64,000 nucleotides of DNA, taken from contig NC_043007.1 of assembly GCF_006345805.1 (NCBI RefSeq), positions 20,894,001-20,958,000 of the forward strand. The letters are read 5' to 3'. The position numbers and the translations under genes were made by a program. The notes under the pieces are model-generated. The model was given only the letters and a program-made list of their open reading frames with translations. It searched no databases and was not told the origin of the DNA. Shown piece after piece: positions 1 through 12,790 of the stretch. Numbering within the stretch: the stretch's first letter is position 1; each line of letters starts with the position of its first letter. The DNA is from Octopus sinensis. Lineage: Eukaryota.

Positions 1-247
1 CACCTCCCACTTTCTCTCTCATGTGCCTTCACATTTAGCTGCACTCAATATTGGTGATGTTAGAGCAACATTGCACTATGTCTAATTAATAGGCCCCTTT
101 TAGACGAGTTTTAAACCCGGATCTAATGTTTGTATCTTTTTTTTAAATCTCATCTGATATTTGAGATTAATATAATCCTGATTTTCAAATATCTTTATCA
201 TCATTATCATTTAACAAAGATTTTTCTATATTAACATTTAATGTATA

Positions 248-415
248 CTAGCAGTATTGCCCGGCGTTGCTCTGGTTCGTTTTGACCCTTTAGAATTGGA
301 AATTTTGAAAAGTAAAAATTTTGCATTATGTAAGTGAACTTTTTTTCTGGTTGAAATACACCGTAAAATGGCGACACAGCAGTCAAAAAATTGTAAAAAA
401 TAGGGATTTTCGTAT
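248..415 (-). mobile_element. Helitron 3' fragment, same family
   Basis: ACTAGCAGTATTGCCCGGCGTTGCTC terminus; truncated by a microsatellite and family B SINE. Confidence 0.8.
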
Positions 416-457
416 GACAAAGTCATACACACATAAATATACATATGTGTATATATG

Positions 458-513
<56 letters not shown>

Positions 514-902
514 GCTTCTTTCAGAGTCTATACTAGAAGACACTTGCCCAAGGTGCCACACAGTGGACTGAACCCAGAACCATGTGGTTGGGGAGCAAGC
601 TTCTGACCATAGCCATGCCTGCAACTAGCAGAAATTACTGTGGTACTTGTTCAATGTACTGCACTGTGGGGGTTGAGACTGGAACCATGTGATTGCAAAG
701 CAAACTCCTTAACTATTCCTCTATCTGTGTCTCTATCCAAAATATTTATTTTTCACATCCTGTAGGTCATGGTTAATTTTCCCCTCTGTATAGTTTCCTG
801 CATAAAGCATTTTTTTAATATATATATATATAAAGAAATCCCATTGCTCTGAAATTCTGAAAGCTGAGGTTAATAGGAGGGTTAGCAAAAGGGGAAGGAA
901 TC

Positions 903-1370
903 AAATTGAATTTGAAATCAAATTCGATGACTGGCATTCATGCTAGTGGAGCACTAAGAGTACCATCTCAGTGTGATCGTTGCCAGAGCAGCTAACTGGC
1001 TTCCGTGCTGGTGGCATGTAAAAAGCACCATTGAAGTGTGATAGTTGCCAGTGTTGCCTTACTGGCACGTGAAAAAAACATTCGAGCGAGGTCGTTGCCA
1101 GTGCCGTTGGACTGGCTCCTGTGCTGGTGGCACATAAAAGGCACCATTTGAGCGTGGCTGTTGCCAGTACCGTCTGACAAGCCCTCGCGCTGGTGGCACG
1201 TAAAAGCACCCACTACACTCTCGGAGTGGTTGGCGTTAGGAAGGGCATCCAGCTGTAGAAACTCTGCCAGATCTGATTGGAGCCTGGTGTAGCCATCTGG
1301 TTCACCAGACCTCAGTCAAATCGTCCAACCCATGCTAGCATGGAAAGCGGACGTTAAACGATGATGATGA
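903..1370 (+). mobile_element. Family C retroposon (SINE-like, (GAT)n tail)
   Basis: Shared 3' tail; the same 5' variant occurs at 41040-41600 and 56470-56990. Confidence 0.85.
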
Positions 1371-1932
1371 GGAGGAGGAAGGAAAGGCTATATCTGAAGC
1401 TCCTAATATTAAAGGAACTAGTGAATTTCCAAGTCCTCTGCTTGTAGCAGGAATGACATTGACTGTCAGCTAGGGAACAAGAATTAAGGAAAGACCATGT
1501 TTGTTTGTTTACACAAGAGCAAGTGACTCATCTGTATATCTGAGATATCTTTCAACATTGTTTGTGTTAATTCCACTCCCATAATTCGGAGTTCCTGGAC
1601 TATTTCTAATAAGCACAGTGATTTATCTGAAGCTACTGAACTTAGTACAGCTACCAACATTTTTTTTTTTCCTGCCACAATCGTATGTCTGAATGAGTTC
1701 ACATTATGGCAATGTGGAGCAGTAGAAGAATTTGCAGAACTGTTGTGAAATCCAAATCACAAACTGGAAATTCAGAAAAACAAACCCGTGTATCTTTTGG
1801 TTGAATGTGGAATCAGGAATTTCGATACTCTCTGGATTAGTAATGGCAACTCATTTACCATTTGTTTTTGAATGTTTATGGGAATTTGCATTTTCTTTAT
1901 GCTTCTCAACCAAAGGCACAGGTTGTATGTTG

Positions 1933-2153
1933 AAGGCAGAATCATTAGCACGCCGGGCAAAATGCCTAGCGATGTTTCGTCTGCTGTTGCATTCTGAGTT
2001 CAAATTCCGCCAAGGTCGACTTTGCCTTTCATCCTTTCGGGGTCGATAAATTAAGTACCAGTTATGCACTGGAGTCGATGTAATCGACTTAATCCATTTG
2101 TCTGTCCTTCTTTGTCCTCTCTGTGTTTAGCCCCTTGTGGGTAGTAAAGAAAT
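1933..2153 (+). mobile_element. Family A tRNA-derived SINE with 13-bp TSD
   Basis: B-box-like GAGTTCAAATTCC; TSD AGGTTGTATGTTG at 1920-1932 and 2154-2166. Confidence 0.9.
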
Positions 2154-3172
2154 AGGTTGTATGTTGCACCAAAACATTCAAGCATGGCCATCTCACTGAA
2201 GGTATTCGTCTTTTATCTTTTGCTTGTTTCAGTCAGCCATGCTGGAGCACTGCCTTGAAGAATTTTAGTTGAACAAATTGACTCCAGTAATTTTTAAGCC
2301 TGGTACTTATTCTATCAGGCTCTTTTGCCAAACTGCTAAGTTATAGGGACATAAACACACCAACACCAATTGTCAAGTGGTGATGGGAGACAAAGAAAGA
2401 TACATGAGTAGATATCATCATCATCATCATCTTTGTTTAATGGCTGCCTTCCAAATGGGACGATTTCACAAGAGCCAGCCAGGCAGAAGCCTACACCAGA
2501 CTTCTGTAACTGTTTTGGCAGGATTATTACAGCTGGATGCTCTTCCTGACACCAACCATTCAGCAAAGTGGACTTAGTGCTTTTTATGTGGCATAAGCAC
2601 AGGCGAAGTCAGTTTTGGCAAGGTTTTTACAGCTGGATACCCTTCCAAATGGCAACCACTTTACAGTGTGGACTGGGTGCTTTTAAGTGGCACCTGCACT
2701 GACAGGGTCACCAAGTACTTGCAAGACAAAAATATTTCAAAAATATGTGTATATATACACATATACGACAGGTTTCTTTCAGTTTGTCTACCAGATCCAC
2801 TCAAAAGGTTTTGGTCGCCCAAAGTTACAGTAAAGACACTTGCTCAAGGTGCCATGCTGTCAGACTGAACCCCATTTTGTATTTTCTAAGTTTTAGATTG
2901 TTATTAGTAGTTTTTTTGTTGAATATAATCCCATCCAGTTGTTTTCGTCTATTCCCTATTGAATTTTATGACACTCAAAGGGTGGAATGAGAGCTGGGCA
3001 CAGCTGTTTGAGAGCTAATGAGTTCACACAACTGACTGAGCACTCAGACTGTATTGGTGACAGTATGTATTGACACTCATACACACAAACAGAAAGGGAG
3101 AGAGAGAGAATGGGAGGGAGAGAACGAGAGAAAAACATTAAAATGTCTGATGTCAAATAAGTCAGTGTTGAA

Positions 3173-3539
3173 GGCAGTGAGCTGGCAGAAATGTTAACAT
3201 GCCAGGCAAAATGCTTAGTGGTATTTCGTCTGCCACTATGTTCTGTGTTCAAATTCTGCTGAGGTCGACTTTGCCTTTCATCCTTTCGGGGTTGATAAAT
3301 TAAGTACCAGTTATGCACTGGGGTCGATATAATCGACTTAATCCGTTTGTCTGTCCTTGTTTGTCCTCTCTGTGTTTAAGCCCCTTGTGGGTAGTAAAGA
3401 AATAGGTATTTCGTCTGCTGCTATGTTCTGAGTTCAAATTCCACTTTACCTTTTATTCTTTCGGGGTCGATATAATCGACAATCTGTTTGTCTGTCCTTG
3501 TTTATCCCCTCTGTGTGTAGCCCCTTTTGGGCAGTAAAG
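3173..3539 (+). mobile_element. Family A SINE, dimeric, with 18-bp TSD
   Basis: TSD AAATAAGTCAGTGTTGAA at 3155-3172 and 3540-3557; second unit restarts at GGTATTTCGTCTG. Confidence 0.9.
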
Positions 3540-3732
3540 AAATAAGTCAGTGTTGAATCGGCAACGCTAAAGCAGTGGCGCCAGAACAGCTGTGCCAAAA
3601 CATCTCATACTTGATCAAAGGGAGTCTCAAGAAAATTTGTATGGAAAAAAGGGGTTAGGAGGAAAGAAAGTCTGAGAGATAATGCTTTATGTAACTAAAA
3701 CAAAAAAAAAAAACTTATTCTGTTTTCTCCAG

Positions 3733-3868
3733 ATTCTGCAGCCGTTACTGGTTGAGCATTTCTCTTATGAAGAATTGAAAGAAATCCAAACGCAAGTCAT
3801 TGATCACCATACCCACTTACAAGAACATAAAGTCTATGTTGCAGAATTATACCAAAGCCTTCTTCATG
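3733..3868 (+). CDS. FBXL5: FBXL5 coding exon, end of hemerythrin-like domain (ILQPLLVEHFSYEELKEIQTQVIDHH...); upstream exons lie outside the window
   Basis: Acceptor ttttctccAG at 3731-3732, donor GTAAG at 3869; phase 0 to 1. Resembles human FBXL5 [26 protein letters not shown] (recalled). Confidence 0.93.
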
Positions 3869-4689
3869 GTAAGAATAATTCTTTAACCAATACGTAACTC
3901 ATTGTAATTAAGTCACTAAGCTAATTATATGTTACTGAGCTAATAATAAATTTATTTCAGTTTGTTCAGTTCAGTGAGATTGCAAATGGTATTGTGGACA
4001 TTCAACTAAGTGGTCCATGTTTCATGTCTTGGTTGCCACTACTGTTTTGTCCCTCTGGCCAGGACATTTAACACTCAAATGGCTATGTTCACCTTGTCAA
4101 AAATAGGTAACAGAGGGTAGGAAAAGCTCTCCATCCATAAGCAATAAGAATAAAAAAAGAAAAAAATGTGTTTAGGTTATCTGAACACCCAACTAGTCTA
4201 AGCTAAGACTAAGTTTTACTGTTGTGTTCATATTTTAATATTGGTGATTAATGTTTCTTTTATAAATATTATTATTCTGCTATGAAAGATTCAAGTGAGG
4301 TCATTGCCAGTACCGCCTGACTGGCCCCTGTGCCGGTGGCACGTAAAAAGCGCCCGCTACCCTCTCGGAGTGGTTGGCGTTAGGAAGGGCATCCAGCTGT
4401 AGAAACTCTGGCAGATCAAGATTGGAGCCTGGTGCAGCCATTTGGTTGGCCAGACCTCAGTCAAAATCGTTCAACCCATGCTAGCATGGAAAGCGGACGT
4501 TAAACGATGATGTTGATGATGATGATGAATACTGATCATGAAGAGGAGTTTGTTTCACTCAGCTCATTTGCCCAGAATGAACTCGTCATCAGTGATACCC
4601 CTATTACCCAATTACTGGTTAAAACTGGTTCTCCATCAGCTATAACGATGAGTGTTGCAGTTGATCTGATCAAAGGGGCAGCTTGCTTG

Positions 4690-5165
4690 TGAAATTAACA
4701 TGCGAATAGTTGAGCACCCCACAAACACTCGTACCCTTAACCCTTTAGTATTTAAACCGGTCATATCCGGCCAAAATATTTAACCTGTTTTATGTTCAAA
4801 CTGACCATATCCAGGCTCTCACACCTACCCTACAATGTTATTCTACATTAAGTAATTACACCATCAAGATCTTGAAGATATGAGATAATGCACGATTAAT
4901 TCAAATCAATGGGAATCAATAAGCATTACGTTTGATAGAATAATCTGAACACTAAAGGGTTCACATAGTTCTCAGGGAGATTCAGCACGACACAGAATGT
5001 GACAAGGCTGGACCTTTAAAATACAGGTACTATTCATTTTTGCCAGCTGAGTGGAGTGGAGCAATGTGAAATAAAGTGTCTTGCTCAAGGACACAACATG
5101 CCACTGGGAATCGAACTCACAACCATATGATTATGAGCCAAATACACTAACCACTAAGCCATATG
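4690..5165 (-). mobile_element. CORE-type SINE (family E) interrupted by a piggyBac-like MITE
   Basis: Reverse-complement head TGGCTTAGTGG / GAGTTCGATTCC; CORE-like CCTTGAGCAAGACACTT. Confidence 0.75.
4741..4959. mobile_element. piggyBac-like MITE, family P1
   Basis: TIR CCCTTTAGT/ACTAAAGGG; TTAA and TTCA flanks; related copies at 26346-26565 and 63780-63875. Confidence 0.8.
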
Positions 5166-5229
5166 CATTCACCAATTACTGAGTACAACCAGTGTGGCAA
5201 TTCATCTCTTTCTTCTGGAGATATGCTGT

Positions 5230-5757
5230 GACTGCAAAGACCTGACAAATGAAGTGAGTTCATGGTTTGCAGGACAGCCTGCTATACTTACCTTGGATCG
5301 TAGGGCAACCTGCTGTGCTTCAGGAGACCTATTGAGTGAAGTATATCAAGATCAAAATAAGAATCAAATGGAAATTGTAGTTGTGATACTCGTGCTGGTG
5401 GCACGTGAAAAATACCATCCGAACGTGAACGATGCCAGTGCCGCCTTGACAGGTGTTCCTACTGGTGGCACGTAAAAAGCACCAACCGATCGTGGCTGTT
5501 GCCAGCCTCCCCAGGCACCTGTGCCGGTGGCACGTAAAAAGCACCAACCAATCATGCCCATTGCCAGCCTCCCCTGGCACGTAAAAAGCACCCACTACAC
5601 TCATGGAGTGGTTGGCATTAGGAAGGGCATCCAGCTGTAGAAACACTGCCAGATCAGACTGGAGCCTGGTGCAGCCTCCTGGTTTCCCAGATCCCGGTCA
5701 AACCGTCCAACCCATGCTAGCATGGAAAGTGGATGTTAAACGATGATGATGATGATG
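5230..5757 (+). mobile_element. Family C retroposon with ~3 internal repeat units
   Basis: Repeated GGCACGTAAAAAGCACC units, tail and (GAT)n; 5' part shared with the 6930 and 53650 copies. Confidence 0.85.
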
Positions 5758-5802
5758 ATGTCTGGGTAGGCTATTTATTTCACTTTCCTTTCTCTTTTTC
5801 AG

Positions 5803-6051
5803 ATAACTTCTATGGTGATACTGAATCTAAAATGGAGGAAACGGAAGAGAAGGAAGAAAAAGAGATATGTGACAAAAAAGAGACCCTGGTTCCAGTCGAG
5901 AGTCAACTGCCTGACGAAGTTTGGCTTCAGATTTTCTCTTTCCTGAATCCGCTTGAGCTCATGTACTGTTCTAAGATGTCTGTAAACTGGAATCGGCTTA
6001 CCATGGACCCGTCCCTTTGGACGGTAATGAATCCAACCTATTGGGCGAGAG
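5803..6051 (+). CDS. FBXL5: FBXL5 exon encoding the F-box (QLPDEVWLQIFSFLNPLELMYCSKMSVNWNRLTMDPSLW...YWARG)
   Basis: Acceptor tctttttcAG, donor GTAAGT at 6052; phase 1 to 1; classic F-box motif ending in WARG as in FBXL5. Confidence 0.96.
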
Positions 6052-6189
6052 GTAAGTGTGTAGAAATATTCACAGTGTCCGATTATTTACTCAGAATAAT
6101 ATTAACCAGGGAGAAATAAGTGTACAATTAATGCAGTTTAGTTGTGAGAAGGAAAGACAAACTATAAATAACATGCAGTTTTAAAAAGA

Positions 6190-6600
6190 CGAGCTTGCTT
6201 AGCAACCGCATGGTTCCAGGTTCAGTTCCACTGCGTGGCACCTTGGGCAAGTGTCTTCTACTATAGCCTCTGGCCGACCAAAGCCTTGTGAGTGGATTTG
6301 GTAGACGGAAACTGAAAGAAGCCCGTCGTATATGTGTGTGTGTGTGTATATATATATATATGCGCGCGTGTGTGTGTGTGTGTATATGTTTGTTGTCTGT
6401 TTGTGCCCCCCACCATCACTTGACAACCGATGTTGGTGTGTTTATGTCCTCATAACTTAGCGGTTCAGCAAAAGAGACCGATAGAATTAATACTAGACTT
6501 ACAAAGAATAAGTCCTGGAGTCGATCTGTTCGACTAAAGGCGGTGCTCCAGCATGGCCACAGTCAAATGACTGAAATGAGTTAAAGAATAAAAAAAAAAA
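6190..6600 (+). mobile_element. Family B tRNA/CORE-type SINE with internal (TA/TG)n microsatellite
   Basis: B-box-like GGTTCAGTTCC; CORE-like CACCTTGGGCAAGTGTCTT; AAAGAATA-type tail. Confidence 0.88.
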
Positions 6601-6929
6601 GAGTAATTTTCACAAAGACACACCATATGCAAATCATCATCATATGTGAATGTGTTTTTGTCTGTACTCTTGCCTTGACATCACATGGTAGTTGTAAATG
6701 AGTATCACCATCATACAAGCAGTGTTGTTCATATCCAGTCCTCTGTGAAAAACATGTCTGGCCATGGGGGAAATATTACCCTGCTTGAGAACAGGAAGGG
6801 CATCTGGCCATAGAAAACCTGCCTCAATAAATTCCATCTCAATCATGTGGGCATGGAAAAGTGGATGTTAACTGATGATGTTAAAAATATTTAAGATTTT
6901 TTATTTTATCAAATATATGACGAAGACTG

Positions 6930-7532
6930 TGACTGTGAAGACCCGACAAATGAAGTGAGTTCATGGCTCGCAGGACGGCCTGGTGTGCTAACCTTGGATC
7001 GTAGAGTGACCCGCTGTTCTTGAGGAGACATTGAGTCAAGTACGTCAAAATAAAAATCAAATGGAAATTGTAGTTAAGATACCCGTGCCAGTGACACGTA
7101 AAAAGCACCGTCCGAACGTGGCAGATGCCAGCATGGCCTGACTGGTGTCCGTGTCGGTGACACGTAAAAGCACCAACCGATCGTGGCCGTTTGCCAGCAT
7201 CCTCTGGCCCCTGTGCCAGTGGCACGTAAAAAGCACCGTCCGAACGTGGCAGATGCCAGCACCGCCTGACTGGCGTCCGTGTCCGTGACACGTAAAAGCA
7301 CCAGCCGATCATGGCTGTTGCTAGCCTCCTCTGGCCCCTGTGCCAGTGGCATGTAAAAAGCACCCACTACACTCACAGAGTGGTTGGCATTAGGAAGGGC
7401 ATCAAGCTGTAGAAACACTGTCAGATCAGACCAGTGCCTGGTGCAGCCTCCTGGCTTCCCAGACCCCAGTCAAACCATCCAACCCATGCTAGCATGGAAA
7501 ACAGACGTTAAACGATGACGATGATGATGATG
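6930..7532 (+). mobile_element. Family C retroposon with ~4 internal repeat units
   Basis: As above. Confidence 0.85.
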
Positions 7533-8153
7533 ATTTTTGTTATTACTTCATACTTTCCCATCATCACTGATTACAGCTTGCTCTGTCTTGTGCATGTACA
7601 GTGTTTCTTTTTTTAATTCTGTAGATAATCCATGCCAGATCTGTTCTGTGACTAACTGCTAATGCGTTTGTCACATGATATTCCTTATCTAGTTGTTAGT
7701 GTTTTTTTTTTATCATTCTTGGCATATGTGTTACAGTGGAAATTGTTTTCAACTTCAATGCACAGGATGTTTTTGTCTTCAGTTTTATACATTCCTTTCT
7801 GTTATCTCCCTGGGTCAAAACAACCTGTTGGTATTTTTGAAAATGGATAGCCAAAGGAATGGCTCAACTTCCTGATGAATAATATCTGTTATCAAGGACT
7901 GTCTAATGAAATGCTGAAGAGACAACAGCAACAGTGTCCTTGAACTTTAGTGCATTAAAGGTGATAGGACACTCATCTTGGTATATAGGTCCCAGGGTTT
8001 TTTCTTCTTTTTTTGAGACATTGTTTTGGGAAAACGGTGTCGTCTGTGCCATTGAATATGGTAGTTTCTTTCATCATCATCATTGTTATCACTTGCCACT
8101 TTGTTGTTGATCATTTGTCTTTTATTAAATGTGCTTTCATGGTTTAACCACAG

Positions 8154-8281
8154 GTTTCTGGACATTCAAAAGTAATGATAATTTGTTGGAAGAAGTGACC
8201 CTGTCCGGTGTCTGCCCTCGAACTGCCATCCAGTTTGATGAAGATGCTGATATTGATGAGTCTGCCAATGCCTCTAGCAAG
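8154..8281 (+). CDS. FBXL5: FBXL5 exon (GFWTFKSNDNLLEEV...QFDEDADIDESANASSK)
   Basis: Acceptor cacAG, donor GTAAAA at 8282; phase 1 to 0; the DEDADIDES motif is characteristic of FBXL5. Not in the ORF track. Confidence 0.94.
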
Positions 8282-8619
8282 GTAAAATTACTGTTCTGAA
8301 ATCTCTAGAGCTAACAAATCTGTGTGTGTTTTCATAACTGTTAGTGTTAGATTTTGACATTTCTTGCAGGATAGTTATAAGCTGGGTTATTTCTGCAAAT
8401 TTTGGCATTTCCATGAATTATTGAGAACTTTTTTTCCTTCTGCTTTATTCTAATGGCAGCCATATATGCCTTATGATATTAACAAAGCTGCATTTCAAAA
8501 GTCAAATTTTTGTTTTCTTTAGAACCAGAAAATATCACAGGCCGGATCTGATGTGAAGTCTCGTATGAAGCACAAATGTGATGCATTCCTGTAGCAATGC
8601 TTTTGCTATACACACAAAC

Positions 8620-9352
8620 ACCCTATTTCTCTTTATTACCCACAAGGGGCTAAACACAGAGAATACAAACAAGGACAGACAAACGGATTAAGTTGATTAT
8701 ATCGACCCCAGTGCGTAACTGGTACTTAAATTATTGATCCCGAAAGGATGAAAGGCAAAGTCGACCTCGGCGGAATTTGAACTCAGAACGTAGCGGTAGA
8801 CGAAATACGTATTTCTTTACTATCCACAAGAGGCTAAACACAGAGAGGACAAACAAGGACAGACAAACGGATTAAGTCGATTATATCGACCCCAGCGCGT
8901 CACTGGTACTAAATTTATCGACCCCGAAAGGATGAAAGGCAAAACTTTCAACCTTCTATATACCTATTTCTTTACTGCCCACAAGGGGCTAAACACAGAG
9001 AGGACAAACAAGGACAGACAAACGGATTAAGTCGATTATATCGACCCCAGTGCGTCACTGGCACTAAATTTATCGACCCCGAAAGGATGAAAGGCAAAAC
9101 TTTCAACCTTCTATATACCTATTTCTTTACTACCCACAAAGGGCTAAACACAGAGAGGACAAACAAGGACAGGCAAACGGATTAAGTCTATTATATCGAC
9201 CCCAGCGCGTAACTGGTGCTTAATTTATCGACCCCGAAAGGATGAAAGGCAAAGTCGACCTCGGCGGAATTTGAACTCAGAACATAGCAGCAGACGAAAT
9301 ACTGCTGAGCATTTCGCCTGGCGCGCTATCGTTTCTGCCAACTCGCCACCTT
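8620..9352 (-). mobile_element. Family A SINE multimer (four units)
   Basis: 156-bp internal period (8962 to 9118); flanked by the direct repeat CACAAACACCCTATTTCTC. Confidence 0.88.
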
Positions 9353-9899
9353 CTATACACAAACACCCTATTTCTCCTCTGCTTCCCAAGAAGGCCATCC
9401 TGCTAATTAGCAAAAATTCACCCCATTAACATGCTACTGCCTACGTACCATAAATAGAATCTTTCTCTTTCTTTTCTGCCTTGCTATAACAGCTTCTGTT
9501 CCCATAAACTAATAAGCAGCCTCCTATCTTCGCTTGATGCACTTGTCTCTTCCCCAAACCTGCATTATGCACTTTGCCTAAGCCTTTCTTTGCAAGCTTC
9601 ACCCACTGATCCTCACGGACATCACCTGTTTATCAAGGCTTTTTATCCATCCGTCCATCTTCTCTGCCCACTATTCTTGGATAGGTCATGGGGGTAGAGT
9701 TCTCAGGCACCGCCTCCTTTCACACGGAATTTCGTCTTTCTGAACCAAGGATCCTGAAGTGACTTACGTATAATGGAACTGTGATTATGTATATAAGAAA
9801 AAATACATATAAGTGGAAACACTTTGTTGGCCTTTTATGGTTTTTATTATTTATATAATATGTTATATATTATATTCATAGTATTTAATGTAATATTAT

Positions 9900-10310
9900 A
9901 ATCATCATCATTGTTTAATGTCCGTTTTCCATGCTAGCATGTGTTGGACGGTTCAACCTGGGATCTGGGAAGCCAGGAGGCTGCACCAAGCTCCAGTCTG
10001 ATCTGGCAGTGTTTGTACAGCTTGATGCCCTTCCTAACGCCAACCACTCCAAGAGTGTAGTGGGTGCTTTTTACGTGCCACTGGCACAGGTGCTTTTTAT
10101 GTGCCACTGGCACAGGTGCCAGTAGTGCTTTTTATGTGCCACTGGCACAGGTGCCAGACGAGGCTGGCAACGGCCACAATCGGATGGTGCTTCTTTACAT
10201 GCCACCGGCACGGAAGCCAGTCGGGGTGGTGCTGGCAACGGCCACGTTCGGATGGTTCTCTTATGTGCCACCGGCACTGGTATCACAGCTACAATTTCCA
10301 TTGATGTTGA
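9900..10310 (-). mobile_element. Family C retroposon
   Basis: Reverse-complement tail starting (ATC)n TTTAATGTCCG. Confidence 0.85.
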
Positions 10311-10447
10311 TCGAAGTGATAATATAAATAAATTATTGGATTGTCAATAGAATATCTCTATATTTAATTTATCTTTACACACACACACACATCTATTTGC
10401 TTTAGTTTGTCTTTGAAATTCTACCTTGTTCTTTCTTATCTTTACAG

Positions 10448-10564
10448 TATTTCACTGAAAGAAAATTCATTGCATCTTTGAGTGAGAGTCCTTTTTTGGA
10501 ACGGATTGGTCATGGAGTTCAGAAACTTGACCTAGCTTATTGTCATGGAGTCACTGATGATGTG
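10448..10564 (+). CDS. FBXL5: FBXL5 exon, first LRR (YFTERKFIASLSESPFLERIGHGVQKLDLAYCHGVTDDV)
   Basis: Acceptor tttacAG, donor GTAAGA at 10565; 117 nt, phase 0 to 0; aligns to human VGTSVKTLVLAY. Confidence 0.92.
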
Positions 10565-10609
10565 GTAAGAGGCCTTTTCAGTCTTTGATTTATATATATA
10601 TATATTCTC

Positions 10610-11010
10610 TTATACTTTTGTTTCAGTCATTTGACTGCGGCCATGCTGGAGCATTGCCTTTAGTCAAGCAAATCGACCCCAGGACTTATTCTTTGCAAGC
10701 CCAGTATTTATTCTATCTGTCTCTTTTGCTGAACCGCTAAGTTACAAGAACATAAACACACCAGCATCAGTTGTCAAGCGATGGTGGGCGGGGGAAGAAA
10801 CACAGACATGCAAGCACTCATACACACACACACACACACATTTACGATGGGCTTCTTTCAGTTTCCATCTACCAAATCCACTCATAGGGCTTTGGTCGGC
10901 CCGAGGCTATAGTAGAAGACACTTGCCCAAGGTGCCACGCAGTGGGACTGAACTAGGAACCATGTGGCTGGTAAGCAAGCTACTTACCACACAGCCACTC
11001 CTGCGCCTAT
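10610..11010 (-). mobile_element. Family B SINE
   Basis: Full-length reverse-complement copy. Confidence 0.88.
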
Positions 11011-12277
11011 ATATCTTTATCTTTTTTTTTGTTTTTTTGGTCATTGGACTGCAAGCCATGCTGGGGCACTGTCGCGAAGGGTTTTATTCAAATTGACCTC
11101 AGGGCTTATTTTTTAAGTTTGATACTTATTCTGTCGGTCAGTTTTGTGGTGTGTGTGGGGGAGCAAAGAGATGTATACATGCATACACACACCACACACA
11201 CACACACATGACATGTTTTTCCGCAGTTTTTATCTACCGAATCCACCGAATCCATTGGTCATCCTAGCGCTATAGTAGAAAATTCTTGCTCAAAGTGCCA
11301 TACAGTGGAATTGAACCTGAAGTCATGTGGTGTAAATCAAAAATTTCTTCGCCACAGCCATTTATTTTCTATATGCTGTGTCGGTCAGTGTTTGTCCCCC
11401 ACCACCCTATGACAACCAGTGGTGGTGTGTTCCCATCCCTGTAATCTAGCAGTTCAGCAGAAGAGACTGATAGAATAAGTACTAGGCTGCAGGAAAATAA
11501 ATGAGTCCTTTTAATTTGCTTTGTAACTTTTTGTGCTCCAGTAAATTATTTCTCACTCAACCTTTCCCTAAGGAATCTTTATAAATCATCAAGGTTCTTG
11601 CAAAGAAAAGATCCTTTGAAATCGTAATTGAATAAAAAAGGTACAATTGCTACTAGAATGAGAGGGTGGATTACACAGTTAAGATCTTTGTAATGTTTTG
11701 TCCTTAAGCAAGGCACATAACTCTGCTTGTTCTAGTTGTTAGCTTAAAACAAAAATATTGAAAGCTTGCTTTATTCTTACTCCCTGTATAACGTGTATAA
11801 GGAACCCTCTAAATTTTGGGGCTTTAAATTTGGAAAAAGGGTTTTGTAAGGGATTATAATACTATCCATGCTTAAGAAATTCCCATATTTTTTAACCTAA
11901 TTTTTGACAAAAAGTGCTCCCTATACTTGTTAAAATACAGTAATTTGTAACAGAAAGGGCATCCTGCTAGAAAACAGTTTATTTCCATGTATAGTTTCAC
12001 CTATGGAAAATAATGTAAAATATTGTAATTTTTGTATGAAATGGTTTTTGAGTAAACTTTAAATCATTAGCAATCGTCATTATTTAACATCCATTTTCCA
12101 TGCTGGCATGGGTTGGATAGTTCAACTGGAGCTGGTGAGCCGAAGGACTGCACCAGACTCCAGTTCTCTGGTTTGGTATGGTTTGTATAGCTGGATGCCT
12201 TCCCTAATGCCTATCACTTTACAGTGTATACTGGGTGCTTTTTTACAGAGCACCAGCACTAGTGAGGTCACCAAGTA

Positions 12278-12790
12278 CCATAAATCCTCAAGTATAATCC
12301 GCACTTTTTTCCCCAAAATTTAAAGGTCAAAATCCCTAGTGCATACTATATACGAGGTTAAAAATGAAAAATATTTTCTAAGTAATGTCCGAGTCTCTAT
12401 TTGCTGTCTGGCAATGTTTATTCAGACGCATTTTGTGATGTCAGGCGCGAAAATACCTTAAGCTAAGCCTGAAAGCAATGAAGTCATAAAAGAATCATCC
12501 ATAACTTGCAGTAAACAACATTTATTAAACGTTATTACTGTTATTTCTTTATTTTCTGCAAACAAAATGCACAAAAAAGCTGCACGTTTGCATTATGTTA
12601 TATGTACAATAATAATAAAAGATGTTACTGTATACATTTTTACAAACCAAGGACATTATATAGACTTCCTTGACTCAAGTTAGAGAAGGGGTGCGTGTTA
12701 TACACATGGTTTAGGTTTTACAGAGGTACAGCCCCCTAAAAATCCCCTGCGTATTATACTCAAGGGTGGACTATACTTGAGGATTTATGG
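12278..12790. mobile_element. pogo/Tigger-like MITE with TA TSD
   Basis: TIRs 23/25 identical (CCATAAATCCTCAAGTATA...); TA at 12276-12277 and 12791-12792; inserted in a family C-like copy. Confidence 0.85.

Noticed and set aside
1400-1930. Minus-strand ORFs 1484-1702 and 1772-1960, possibly an upstream FBXL5 exon or a decayed hAT transposase
   Set aside because: Wrong strand for FBXL5, no hemerythrin motifs, and transposase similarity too vague to call without an HMM search.
4545-4596. Minus-strand CUGAUGA...GAAAC hammerhead candidate
   Set aside because: Stem III lacks the G16.2-U16.1 pairing and no adjacent stem I forms.
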